From positions 64,001-128,000 of the IMG/VR virus record IMGVR_UViG_3300011862_000001: a DNA stretch of 64,000 nt, one strand, 5' to 3'. The translations under genes and the position numbers were made by a program. The notes under the pieces were generated by a model. The model searched no databases. It was given only the letters and a program-made list of their open reading frames with translations, and was not told the DNA's origin. Positions 29,407 through 38,036 of this stretch are shown here, piece after piece; position 1 is the stretch's first letter, and each line of letters opens with the position of its first letter. The DNA comes from a virus. Its lineage: Duplodnaviria > Caudoviricetes.

Positions 29407-29813
29407 ACGCCGACGACATCCCCTCGGGGACCATCATCAACGCCTTAAAGCTGGATACCACCTCGCTGTTTAAACAGCGCAGCAGCCGTCCCATTACGTA
29501 TCAGGAAGCGCACGACGAGTTATTGTCGACCTACGACGGTGTGTTGGACCTGAACACCGGCGAGAACAACGTCGGGCTGTCTGATTTCGAGAACCCGATG
29601 ATGGGTTCGTTGTACGAAATCTGGATGTCGACGTATGTGCGTGAACAGATTGGGGAAATCTTCCGTGTTAGTTTCGATGAGTTCCTCAATCGACCACGGT
29701 GGGAAATGATGAAGATGTTGGAAGTCGCGAAACGTCGTACTGCGGAGTTGAAAAAGACACACGACAGCGTTGTCCCGGACGATTGGGAGAAGCAGTTGCA
29801 GGGTCGTTTATAA
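29340..29813 (+). CDS. -1 frame extension (T segment) of the 27472 protein; chaperone-like C-terminus
   Basis: Frame is open from 29280 to 29813 with no good RBS/start; C-terminal IFRVSFDEFLNRPRWEMMKML resembles tail-chaperone T / T4 gp51-type segments. Confidence 0.65.
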   Translation, partial: RAISCGVRDTESLFTTIRKYWLDADDIPSGTIINALKLDTTSLFKQRSSRPITYQEAHDELLSTYDGVLDLNTGENNVGLSDFENPMMGSLYEIWMSTYVREQIGEIFRVSFDEFLNRPRWEMMKMLEVAKRRTAELKKTHDSVVPDDWEKQLQGRL

Positions 29814-29816
29814 TAG

Positions 29817-29845
29817 AAGGGGCTTCGGCCCCTTTATTTTTTTTT
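29817..29845 (+). terminator. intrinsic terminator
   Basis: AAGGGGC-TTCG-GCCCCTT and T tract. Confidence 0.9.
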
Positions 29846-29879
29846 GTGTTGATATGAAACCCGCTTTAGGAAAGGTACT

Positions 29880-30734
29880 ATGGAAAACTTGTATGACGAT
29901 TATGCTGACGTATTGGGAATGGTTCGTCAGGAATACCGACTGGCTCCCCTGCTTGATTTGGTGACGCTGGCGATTGACTATGGTTACGATACGACGCTTG
30001 CAGATATCTACTACCAGCCGTTACCTGACCAGAACGAAGAATGCCTGCGTCTGGAGGCGATTATCAACCGCTGTGCCATTGCACTCGCCCAACGCTTAGG
30101 GATTGGGCTACACCCGCAACAGGCCCTCAATAAACCCAAAGAGGTGGTACGTATCCTCCACGGGCTGTTAGAGACCTTTGACGAGTTCGAAGACAAAGAC
30201 AGCCTGTACGGTATCCTGTGCTCTGGTGAACCGCCTCAGTACATTCTGGAGAACCTCTGTCGCCATGTCTACGGGGACAACGAGCTGCACTTTGAAGACT
30301 TAATCACGGTGGTCGAACCACGTTGTTTAACGGTGATGCGTAACTTCCTTGCCGCCAGTGCCAGTGAAGAAGCCGAAGAAGGACTCGCTAATCCTCGCAT
30401 GGCGCGTATCGTACCGTATCTGCGAATCTTTCCGGAAAACCCGTCCTCGTTTGTCTTCCTGAATCTCCCGGATGTGATTGATGAGAACGCGGTTATCCAA
30501 TCGCTGGACTTCAGCGAAGATAACGCCGTCAGTGATATTCAGCTCCTGACGATTTATACGGTGGGGCTGGCAATTATTGCTGCTGACACCTTTGAAGAAG
30601 CGTACGAGTTACTGGAAGACAAATTAGTGCTGCTTAACAACGACGAATTACCGGAAGGTCCTATCCTGAAGGACGCGTTGGCCGCATTAAGAGAAATCTA
30701 CGGTACCCAGGAGGACGAGGATGACGAAGGTTGA
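29880..30734 (+). CDS. acidic conserved protein, probably virion-associated (phiKZ gp79-like by position)
   Basis: Good RBS; directly upstream of the vRNAP beta' C gene. Confidence 0.65.
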   Translation: MENLYDDYADVLGMVRQEYRLAPLLDLVTLAIDYGYDTTLADIYYQPLPDQNEECLRLEAIINRCAIALAQRLGIGLHPQQALNKPKEVVRILHGLLETFDEFEDKDSLYGILCSGEPPQYILENLCRHVYGDNELHFEDLITVVEPRCLTVMRNFLAASASEEAEEGLANPRMARIVPYLRIFPENPSSFVFLNLPDVIDENAVIQSLDFSEDNAVSDIQLLTIYTVGLAIIAADTFEEAYELLEDKLVLLNNDELPEGPILKDALAALREIYGTQEDEDDEG

Positions 30735-32025
30735 GTATTTACTTGCCGCGTGTAAGTCCGGCGCGTGGAAGCGTCTGGTGTGGCGTATGGGCATCTTTAA
30801 CGTGTGTGTCTTCCCCGAACAAGGTGAAGGCCCAAGCCAGTACGACCTGACCTTTATTGAAGGGATGCCGCACTACTGGGAAAGCAGCGACGATGACAGT
30901 CCGGGTGAATGGATTGCCATTACCGATGCGGCAAAAGACGAAGAGTTGTTCTTCCCGGAAACGGTACTGTCATTACCGAAAGATGGCTACCCGGGTCTGG
31001 ACGAAGACATTACTACCACCGTTGGTCGTTACGTGCTGAACTGGATTGTCATTTACTTTGCGTTTGGTACCCGAATGCCGTACCTGCGTGAAGGTGGCCC
31101 GATGAGTTATGCCAAGGTGATGTACGAACGTTGCCTGGAAAACGAAGACGATAATCCTGAGGATGAAGAAGCCATTCGTCCAAGCATGGTAGGACGCTTT
31201 GTAAACGGCCTCAGCGAGCTCGCACCGATGGCTAAGGCAATTTCCCCAACCGGGACGTTGCGCTCGTTCCAGGTGCATCCAGACGCGTACAAGATACGTG
31301 ATGCGCTGTTGCTTAAGCACAAAGACGAGCTGGACAACCCAGCGGTGATTGCCACCATCGAAAAAGCCCTCGATGACCTCGATAAAGAGTGGCTCGCCGG
31401 TGACCAGTCGGTTCAGTTCTACGCCTCGAAGAAAGCGGTGATGCGTCGGCGTAAGCTGATGCTGTTCTACGGGATTGAATCCTCGTTCCACGAAGGGACG
31501 GACTTTACCTTGATTCCTACGGCTCTCGTGGAAGTCGATAAAGCCGGGATGGAAAACCTGGTGGCGAAGTACAACTCGATTCGTGAGGGTTCCTTCTCCC
31601 GTGGTGCTGAAACCGCCAAAGGGGGTGAGCAGGTACGTATCATCCAGATGATTTTCCAGAACCACCGGATTATCCCGGGTGACTGTGGTACCAAGCTTAC
31701 CCATGCTGCGCTTATCACTGAAGTCAACGCCGAACGCTACGTCGGGATGAACGCGATGGTTGATGGCAAGCCGATGCCGATTACCGCTGAGTGGATTGCC
31801 AAACAGCACGGTAAAATTGTGCGTCTGCGCCGCCCCATCTTATGCCAGATGGGCCACGTTGATAGCTGCTCTACCTGTGCATCATCTCACAAGGCTGAAG
31901 AACCGCGCGCAATTGCGGCGGATATCTCAACCGCCTTCTCGAACATCATGGGGGTGGCGATGGCCAAGATGCACGGTTCTGAGAACATTGTGCGTGAGTT
32001 CGTTCCCCGTAAACACATTACTTAA
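30721..32025 (+). CDS. rpoC: virion RNA polymerase beta' C-terminal subunit (phiKZ gp80-like)
   Basis: Bridge helix SIREGSFSRGAETAKGG, DCGT, LRRPILC...CSTC zinc site, MAKMHG trigger-loop end. Confidence 0.88.
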   Translation: MTKVEYLLAACKSGAWKRLVWRMGIFNVCVFPEQGEGPSQYDLTFIEGMPHYWESSDDDSPGEWIAITDAAKDEELFFPETVLSLPKDGYPGLDEDITTTVGRYVLNWIVIYFAFGTRMPYLREGGPMSYAKVMYERCLENEDDNPEDEEAIRPSMVGRFVNGLSELAPMAKAISPTGTLRSFQVHPDAYKIRDALLLKHKDELDNPAVIATIEKALDDLDKEWLAGDQSVQFYASKKAVMRRRKLMLFYGIESSFHEGTDFTLIPTALVEVDKAGMENLVAKYNSIREGSFSRGAETAKGGEQVRIIQMIFQNHRIIPGDCGTKLTHAALITEVNAERYVGMNAMVDGKPMPITAEWIAKQHGKIVRLRRPILCQMGHVDSCSTCASSHKAEEPRAIAADISTAFSNIMGVAMAKMHGSENIVREFVPRKHIT

Positions 32026-32034
32026 GGATTAGCC

Positions 32035-32541
32035 ATGAGCGAAGTCAAATCTACCGAAACCCAGGCGGTGAAACCGTCTACTGTTGAACGTGCCTCCTCG
32101 CCGAACTACGGCCAGGAAGACCAGTATCAGGTCAAGCTGATTGCCGGGATGCTCGATGAAGCCGGTAATACCGTGGGCCGTAGCAAGTCCCCGAAAAAAG
32201 AGCTGGAAGATGCTGCTTATACCAAGCTGCACTCGGCGTTTCGTAATCTGTTCCAGTTACGCGGTCAGCCGTTCCTGGATGGCTTTGCCGCGTTTGTCGA
32301 TGCGGTTAACAAATACCCGAACGGTATCTTCTTCATCTCACTGGTGAATAAGCACCTGGATATGTTTGCCGATCGCAATGAGCGTGAAACCTTTATGGTA
32401 TTCATCAACATGACGGTGCGCTTTGCTCGCTCTGCGAACAAGCAAAACTTCGCGACCAGCAATAACGTTGAACGCTTGGTTAACCGGGTGACCGACCCAG
32501 AGCTACAAGCCCTGTTGCGCTACGCCTTCCTGGCAGCCTAA
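32035..32541 (+). CDS. conserved hypothetical protein (168 aa)
   Basis: AAGGA RBS; followed by a terminator. Confidence 0.8.
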   Translation: MSEVKSTETQAVKPSTVERASSPNYGQEDQYQVKLIAGMLDEAGNTVGRSKSPKKELEDAAYTKLHSAFRNLFQLRGQPFLDGFAAFVDAVNKYPNGIFFISLVNKHLDMFADRNERETFMVFINMTVRFARSANKQNFATSNNVERLVNRVTDPELQALLRYAFLAA

Positions 32542-32590
32542 AAAAAAATAAAAGAGCCTCACTACCCTTAGGTAGTGAGGTTTTCTTTTT
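32540..32590. terminator. bidirectional terminator
   Basis: CCTCACTACC-CTTA-GGTAGTGAGG flanked by A and T tracts between convergent genes. Confidence 0.88.
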
Positions 32591-34368
32591 TAAAAGCCGT
32601 CGGCGTATTCCTTCGGCGGTTCACTGTTAGCAACCCGCGCATTGAACACTTCAAGCACCGTGTCTTTATCCGGTAACAAGAAGAAGTTGTTGGCGATATC
32701 CATGGCATTCACACGACCCGCAGTCAGGTTAACCCCCGCACGACGACGCATCTCCTCAGAGACCCCGTGCACCGACAACAGTTCAATCAACGTGGTTTCA
32801 CGCGATTGGTTCATCATGTTGGTGGCAGACGGGTACGCCTGGGTTAAGTCGGCATCGGCGGTTTGTCCACGGAATGCCGAATAGAACTGCGGCAACTCCT
32901 TCAAGACGTTAAGACCGTTCTCGCTGTTCATACACGCCGTCAGGGTAACAATCCATCCGGTGGTACTGATAACCTCATCGTCGTATTCGTTACGCATCGC
33001 AGAACCCACACAGCCAATGACCAGGTCTTGGGCATACAGGTAGTAGGTAAAGGCAATGCAGATTCGCTTCGGTAACGACGGGAAGATATCATACATCGAG
33101 TAACCGGCGAGAATCGAAATCGCCGAAGAGAGGTCGTTGGTCTTTTTGTCGAGTAACACAATCATCAGGTTATCGAAGATGTTGTAGACACAATACTCGA
33201 GTGAAAAGTCCCGCTGGGCACGTAAGTGCCACTCCAGCTTCTCTTCGTACGGTAACCCGGGGATATCAAGCTTGTTTAAGCCAAGCTCGGTATCGAGAAT
33301 GGCGTTAAGCTTATACGAGGGACGCTGACCTTCGTGCACACGCAGTGAACGGAACAGGCTCATGGCATCGACGAAATAGAATGACGCCATGCAGTACAGA
33401 ACGTGCCACTGTTGTGACGGTGCTTTGGTAAGCGACTTGGACTCTGTTTCTCGAGACGCCAGGTCTTTCTTAAACCACACACGGCGATACTTCTCCGGCA
33501 CCGAAGGGTGAGAGAACACGTCTTCCGGACGAATACCCGAACGGTCAAGCGCTTCCATCATGCGTGAGATATCGAACTCGTGGTTCCAGGCGACCATCAA
33601 ATCCGGTAAGCGTGGGTGAATCTCTTCAAACATACGCTGTACGCACAGCCCTGAGTTTAAACACTCGTAGGTGAAGATTTTATACCCAGCCAACACGTCT
33701 TTGGTAACGATCTCTATCTCGTCGGTCTTTTTGTTTTTCTCCCGGAAGGTGATTTTTGAAAGCAGCTCCTGGGCTTTACTCACCAGGCGGTCTTCCCAGC
33801 CTTTGCCCATGCGCATGGCGTAATCTTTGGTGCAGAAGAAGTGAATCTCGTCGTCGAGCACAAAGCTCATCAACCACGGGTCGCGGCTTTTATCTTCTTC
33901 GCGCGTCTCAACGTCATAGACGCAGAGTCGGTTTGGGGTAACACCGTCTGGCCATTTGGCCAGATACTTTTGTTTAATCCAACTGGTGACCGGTAAGTCC
34001 GCCCAGTAGACGTAGGGGGACGTGCATACCTGTCGCAGCTTCTTACGTGGGTCAGGGAACGACGCCCCCAATCCCATCTGGAGTGCATTGGCCATGTTAA
34101 CATCGGTTGTCATTATCTCCTGGCATTTGCCTTTCTGTTCGTATTCTTTTTTCTCTTTGTGATTACGAAACTCTTTGCGGGTAACGTACACCGGACGTCG
34201 CACGTTTTCTTTACCAAAGATGTGCGGGATACGGCGTCCATCCTTAGTATGGATGACCTCTTTGACGAGGACATAATCGTTTTGTTGTTCATCATCGGTC
34301 GCGTAGGCAACATGCTTACACTCTTTGGAAACTACATCCTCAGGGTGATAATAGCGATTGTCTTCCAT
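32590..34368 (-). CDS. family-B DNA polymerase, 3'-5' exonuclease + motif A half (phiKZ gp82-like)
   Basis: ExoI YDVET, ExoII AWNHEFD, SYKLNAI, ExoIII YNIFD, motif A DLTQAYPS. Confidence 0.9.
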   Translation of the reverse strand: MEDNRYYHPEDVVSKECKHVAYATDDEQQNDYVLVKEVIHTKDGRRIPHIFGKENVRRPVYVTRKEFRNHKEKKEYEQKGKCQEIMTTDVNMANALQMGLGASFPDPRKKLRQVCTSPYVYWADLPVTSWIKQKYLAKWPDGVTPNRLCVYDVETREEDKSRDPWLMSFVLDDEIHFFCTKDYAMRMGKGWEDRLVSKAQELLSKITFREKNKKTDEIEIVTKDVLAGYKIFTYECLNSGLCVQRMFEEIHPRLPDLMVAWNHEFDISRMMEALDRSGIRPEDVFSHPSVPEKYRRVWFKKDLASRETESKSLTKAPSQQWHVLYCMASFYFVDAMSLFRSLRVHEGQRPSYKLNAILDTELGLNKLDIPGLPYEEKLEWHLRAQRDFSLEYCVYNIFDNLMIVLLDKKTNDLSSAISILAGYSMYDIFPSLPKRICIAFTYYLYAQDLVIGCVGSAMRNEYDDEVISTTGWIVTLTACMNSENGLNVLKELPQFYSAFRGQTADADLTQAYPSATNMMNQSRETTLIELLSVHGVSEEMRRRAGVNLTAGRVNAMDIANNFFLLPDKDTVLEVFNARVANSEPPKEYADGF

Positions 34369-34442
34369 CGGTTCTCTCTCATCGACTCATCTTCTATAAT
34401 GATCGGTGGTGACGTAAAAAATTTCTACAAAGGAACGCCAAC

Positions 34443-35795
34443 ATGGGTCACTGGTCCAGACATGCACAAACGGTAGCCGAGTTAAAACTCGTCGCGGCCG
34501 AGTCGATTAAATTTCAAGATAAGAAAAAGCTCGCCACGTTAGCAGACATTGTGGCCCGCTTCCAAGCTGCCGGGGACTACTCCCTGAACGCGTATGATAC
34601 CTCTGGGATTGCCGAATGGGCGCAAACCAATACCGGTATCGGTATTAAGCTGTGCTCGGGGGCCGAGCTCGGTCTTGAGCGTGAACTGTTTGCAGCGGTA
34701 ATGCCGCCACAGCTCGATACCAACAACCCTATCGTTGCCGATTTGCAACGGGTGATGTATCAGGGTAACAAAGACCTCGACCTGTACAGTAAGTTCCTCA
34801 GAGACAATGAGCTGAACGGCGAGTTCGATGACAGTAACGCCATGATTAAAGGTGACCTCAGCAAAATCACCAGCCCGCTGTATGTCACCCCGATGGTCTT
34901 TAAAGGTCGCGCTGAACTGACGGCGTATGAAATCGCTGCCATTATCCTGCACGAACTGGGACACGTTTACTGGTATCTGCGTACCCTGATGCGTGGCGTG
35001 GTGGTCAACCTGATTGCCGATGCTGCGGCTAACCGCATGATGCAAATGGATTCCCCGCAAGAGAAGCTGCGTGTGGTGAAAGATGTTGAGCGCATGCTGA
35101 ACACCAAAATCAACCAACCGGAAACCATCTGCAACGAGTACAAGAAAGAAAACATGTACATGCACCTGGTGACCCAGACGCTGCTCGAGCGCCCGAACAT
35201 CACCGGGGGTCGTGGTTTCGGTAACCGTAGCTGGGAACGTGCCGCCGATGACTTCGCCGCCCGCTTTGGTGCCGCACCGCAACTGGCGTCTGCGCTGTAC
35301 AAGATGGAAATGTCGGACTGGTGGATTTTCCGTAACAACTCCTACACCAACATCTATACCCATATGGTCGCTGAACTGATTAACGTGTCTTGGCTGATTG
35401 TCACCATGACCTCACCGCTCGGGGTGCTTATTGGCTCTATTAGCATCATGTTCGGTTTGATAACCAACGACCCAGGCAACACCACGTATGACCCACCGCA
35501 GGAGCGTTTTGAAGCCCTGCGTCGTAATCTGGTCGAAGAGTTGAACACCTTAAAAGGCGTCAACACCAAACCGGCAAACGAACAGCGTCAGCGTTGCCTG
35601 AACGGCATTGCCCAGCTCGACCAGATTCTCAAAACCGTGAAGGACAAAGACAACCTGTACTCCTTTGTTCTGAAAACCCTTACCCCGACTGGCCGTAAAG
35701 AACGCGCCGCTGTGGACTATCAGCGCCAGCTGGAAAGCTATCTGTCTAACGACTTGCGGATTGCCTCAGCTCGTCTGCAAGCGCACGCCAGCTAA
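34443..35795 (+). CDS. virion/head protein with zinc-metallopeptidase motif
   Basis: IILHELGH plus ERAADDFA (M48/M56-like), hydrophobic segment near residues 310-340, N-terminal AAE|S maturation site. Confidence 0.72.
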   Translation: MGHWSRHAQTVAELKLVAAESIKFQDKKKLATLADIVARFQAAGDYSLNAYDTSGIAEWAQTNTGIGIKLCSGAELGLERELFAAVMPPQLDTNNPIVADLQRVMYQGNKDLDLYSKFLRDNELNGEFDDSNAMIKGDLSKITSPLYVTPMVFKGRAELTAYEIAAIILHELGHVYWYLRTLMRGVVVNLIADAAANRMMQMDSPQEKLRVVKDVERMLNTKINQPETICNEYKKENMYMHLVTQTLLERPNITGGRGFGNRSWERAADDFAARFGAAPQLASALYKMEMSDWWIFRNNSYTNIYTHMVAELINVSWLIVTMTSPLGVLIGSISIMFGLITNDPGNTTYDPPQERFEALRRNLVEELNTLKGVNTKPANEQRQRCLNGIAQLDQILKTVKDKDNLYSFVLKTLTPTGRKERAAVDYQRQLESYLSNDLRIASARLQAHAS

Positions 35796-35817
35796 GACTT
35801 ACTGAAAAGGTATTATC

Positions 35818-36252
35818 ATGACACATAAACTCTCATTAAACAGCCTGGTGCTGGATTACAAACGTGCAACGGAAGGCAAAGGGGTAGAGTCTACCCGTGC
35901 ACTGACCGCTATCGTGGCCTTTTCCCTGGCCTATAGCGTGCCGCTGCCAGACAATGGCCCGTACGGCTCCTCAGAAGCCATCAGCGTGTGTCTGCGCCCG
36001 GTAATGAACTCTCTGGTCTCTGATGTCAATGAGCTCTACTGCATTGATTTGGGTGCCATTGACGACCTTACCATCGCCATGTACTGCAACCGCTACGATG
36101 CCGCTCACGGTGGTCGTCGTGCCCTGGAAGCTTACTCCGTTAAACAAATGGTTGACGAGAGCTTCGGCGAAGATGTGTGGTCTACCACACTGTTGTGGTG
36201 TGAACGCTTTATGGACGCCACGCATTTTTACCTCAGTGAGATGAAGGGGTAA
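35818..36252 (+). CDS. hypothetical protein, probably head-associated
   Basis: ORF in the late structural operon with AAGG RBS. Confidence 0.7.
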   Translation: MTHKLSLNSLVLDYKRATEGKGVESTRALTAIVAFSLAYSVPLPDNGPYGSSEAISVCLRPVMNSLVSDVNELYCIDLGAIDDLTIAMYCNRYDAAHGGRRALEAYSVKQMVDESFGEDVWSTTLLWCERFMDATHFYLSEMKG

Positions 36253-36255
36253 GCC

Positions 36256-37989
36256 ATGACAAGCATGACCATGGTAGGGGGGCTGGTCGCTCCCGCCCCG
36301 CAGTGGCGGTTAGGCGAAATGGGGCAATTGCTCCACGACCATTTGAACACCAAAATCGAAAGCCTTGACCAGTTAACGCTCTACCTCCAACGTAACGATG
36401 CCGACATGCTGTACGGCAGTCGTCTGTTGGCACAGCTGGATGCGATTTTGGATGACGTGCGTCAAAACGGCATCTCGCGTGACTTAGCTGTTGCGGTGGA
36501 ATCGTCTCGCCCGGGGACTATCCCGGCCAACGTGCGTAAGGTACTGACCTCCAACTACACCCGTACGCACCAGAAAGAAACTCTGGTTGCGCTGGAAAGT
36601 TGGCGTGAAGCTGGCAAGCTCGGCTTAGTGATTCTGGTGGTGGTTGCCATCATGAAGATGCTGAGCTGGATTTTGGGCAGCAGCAGTGGTTACGCAGGCT
36701 CCGGTGCGTTGTCTGAAAAATCCGCTGACATTCCGGCGTTCCAGGAAAAAGCCAAAGAGACCACCCAAAAGGTTGCTGCGAAGTTACCGCCGAAAGAAAA
36801 GACCAACTTCTTAGGCGTGGCAGAAGGGCTTAAGAGTGGTTCGGTATTAGCCGCGTACAATGCCGTGTACGAGAAGACCAGCGATAAGATGAAAATCTCT
36901 CGCCAGCTTGATGTGGCCGCACTGAAACTCGATGCCGCAATGCGTCGTGTCGAAGGCGCTATCATGATTGACGCCATTTCATCGATTCGCAAGAAGTCGG
37001 TGTTTGAAGACCTGTTCCAGGGCTACGTGGATGGGGATAAAGAAGTGTCACCGAACAGCGTCATTGAAGATGCCGTCTCTGTGATGCTCGGTACGCTCCA
37101 TCTGGGTGATGCGGTCTTCACCGACGGGGGCGCTAAGAAAATCACCGCGTTTATTCCTGAGAATATCCGCAAACGTGGGGTGCGTGCACCGTCTGAGACC
37201 ATGTTTGAAGTGGTGAACAACCGCTTTATGGAACTCAACTACTACTTCGGTAATCTCCTGACCGGTTTCCGTCGTCTGCGTAAGCTCGATATGAGTAACA
37301 TCAACACAGTCAACTGGAGCATGCACCTTATCGGGCCAGAAATGGGTGACGCGATTCGTGAAATGAACGAATTCGTGAGTACCGTTATTCCAGACGTCAG
37401 TCGCAGCGGTGTGCGGGTCGATACCGTACCAACCATGGCAATGACTGAAGCCCAGGCGCGTACCATGATAGGCTACGGCGAACCGATTGAGTTCCTGGCT
37501 GGCAAAGTGTTGGTGGTCGGTGGCTACGAGTCGTTCTTAAACTCCGCGTCCTTTAACATCATCCGTCAAGAAATGTCGCTCAGCGATTCCGACAGTCAAT
37601 CCCTGTTGGGTGCGGTGTGTCAGATGGCGGTGGTGAAGAACATCTCACGCAATACCCGTGTCACGGAAATGGCCGGTTACCAGAAGCTTGAGAAAGCGGT
37701 CAGCGTGCTGATTAACGAACTGGAAGCCTTCTCCAAAGATGCCCAACGTAACCGCCAGGGTGATGCGATTAACGTCATCAGCCGTGGGGTCATGGAAGTC
37801 ATCAAAGAAGAAAACCCCAACTCGTTAAACGTGGGCCGGGAAATGTCGATGGAATACATGGACAACCCGGACTTCTTCGCTGTGTTGCGTAAGCAGTTAG
37901 GCTACGTGCGCCATGTCTGTCGTGGGGTGGTCGGGTTAAACCGCATCGTCTCTGCCTCGGCACACAACTTCTTGCTCCATAAAGGCTAA
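36256..37989 (+). CDS. internal head (ejection) protein candidate
   Basis: AVE|S and ALE|S A-x-E sites followed by hydrophobic LGLVILVVVAIMKMLSWILG; position matches the SPN3US head-protein cluster. Confidence 0.65.
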   Translation: MTSMTMVGGLVAPAPQWRLGEMGQLLHDHLNTKIESLDQLTLYLQRNDADMLYGSRLLAQLDAILDDVRQNGISRDLAVAVESSRPGTIPANVRKVLTSNYTRTHQKETLVALESWREAGKLGLVILVVVAIMKMLSWILGSSSGYAGSGALSEKSADIPAFQEKAKETTQKVAAKLPPKEKTNFLGVAEGLKSGSVLAAYNAVYEKTSDKMKISRQLDVAALKLDAAMRRVEGAIMIDAISSIRKKSVFEDLFQGYVDGDKEVSPNSVIEDAVSVMLGTLHLGDAVFTDGGAKKITAFIPENIRKRGVRAPSETMFEVVNNRFMELNYYFGNLLTGFRRLRKLDMSNINTVNWSMHLIGPEMGDAIREMNEFVSTVIPDVSRSGVRVDTVPTMAMTEAQARTMIGYGEPIEFLAGKVLVVGGYESFLNSASFNIIRQEMSLSDSDSQSLLGAVCQMAVVKNISRNTRVTEMAGYQKLEKAVSVLINELEAFSKDAQRNRQGDAINVISRGVMEVIKEENPNSLNVGREMSMEYMDNPDFFAVLRKQLGYVRHVCRGVVGLNRIVSASAHNFLLHKG

Positions 37990-37990
37990 G

Positions 37991-38036
37991 AAAAAAAAGA
38001 CCTACCCACTCCCGAAGGAGTGGGTAGACTTTTATT
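37991..38036. terminator. bidirectional terminator
   Basis: CTACCCACTCC-CGAA-GGAGTGGGTAG with A and T tracts. Confidence 0.88.

Noticed and set aside
29853-29856. Late-promoter TATG motifs (also ~10358, ~49797, ~61360 and minus-strand ~4541)
   Set aside because: Consistent with phiKZ late promoters, but a 4-mer cannot be supported from sequence alone.
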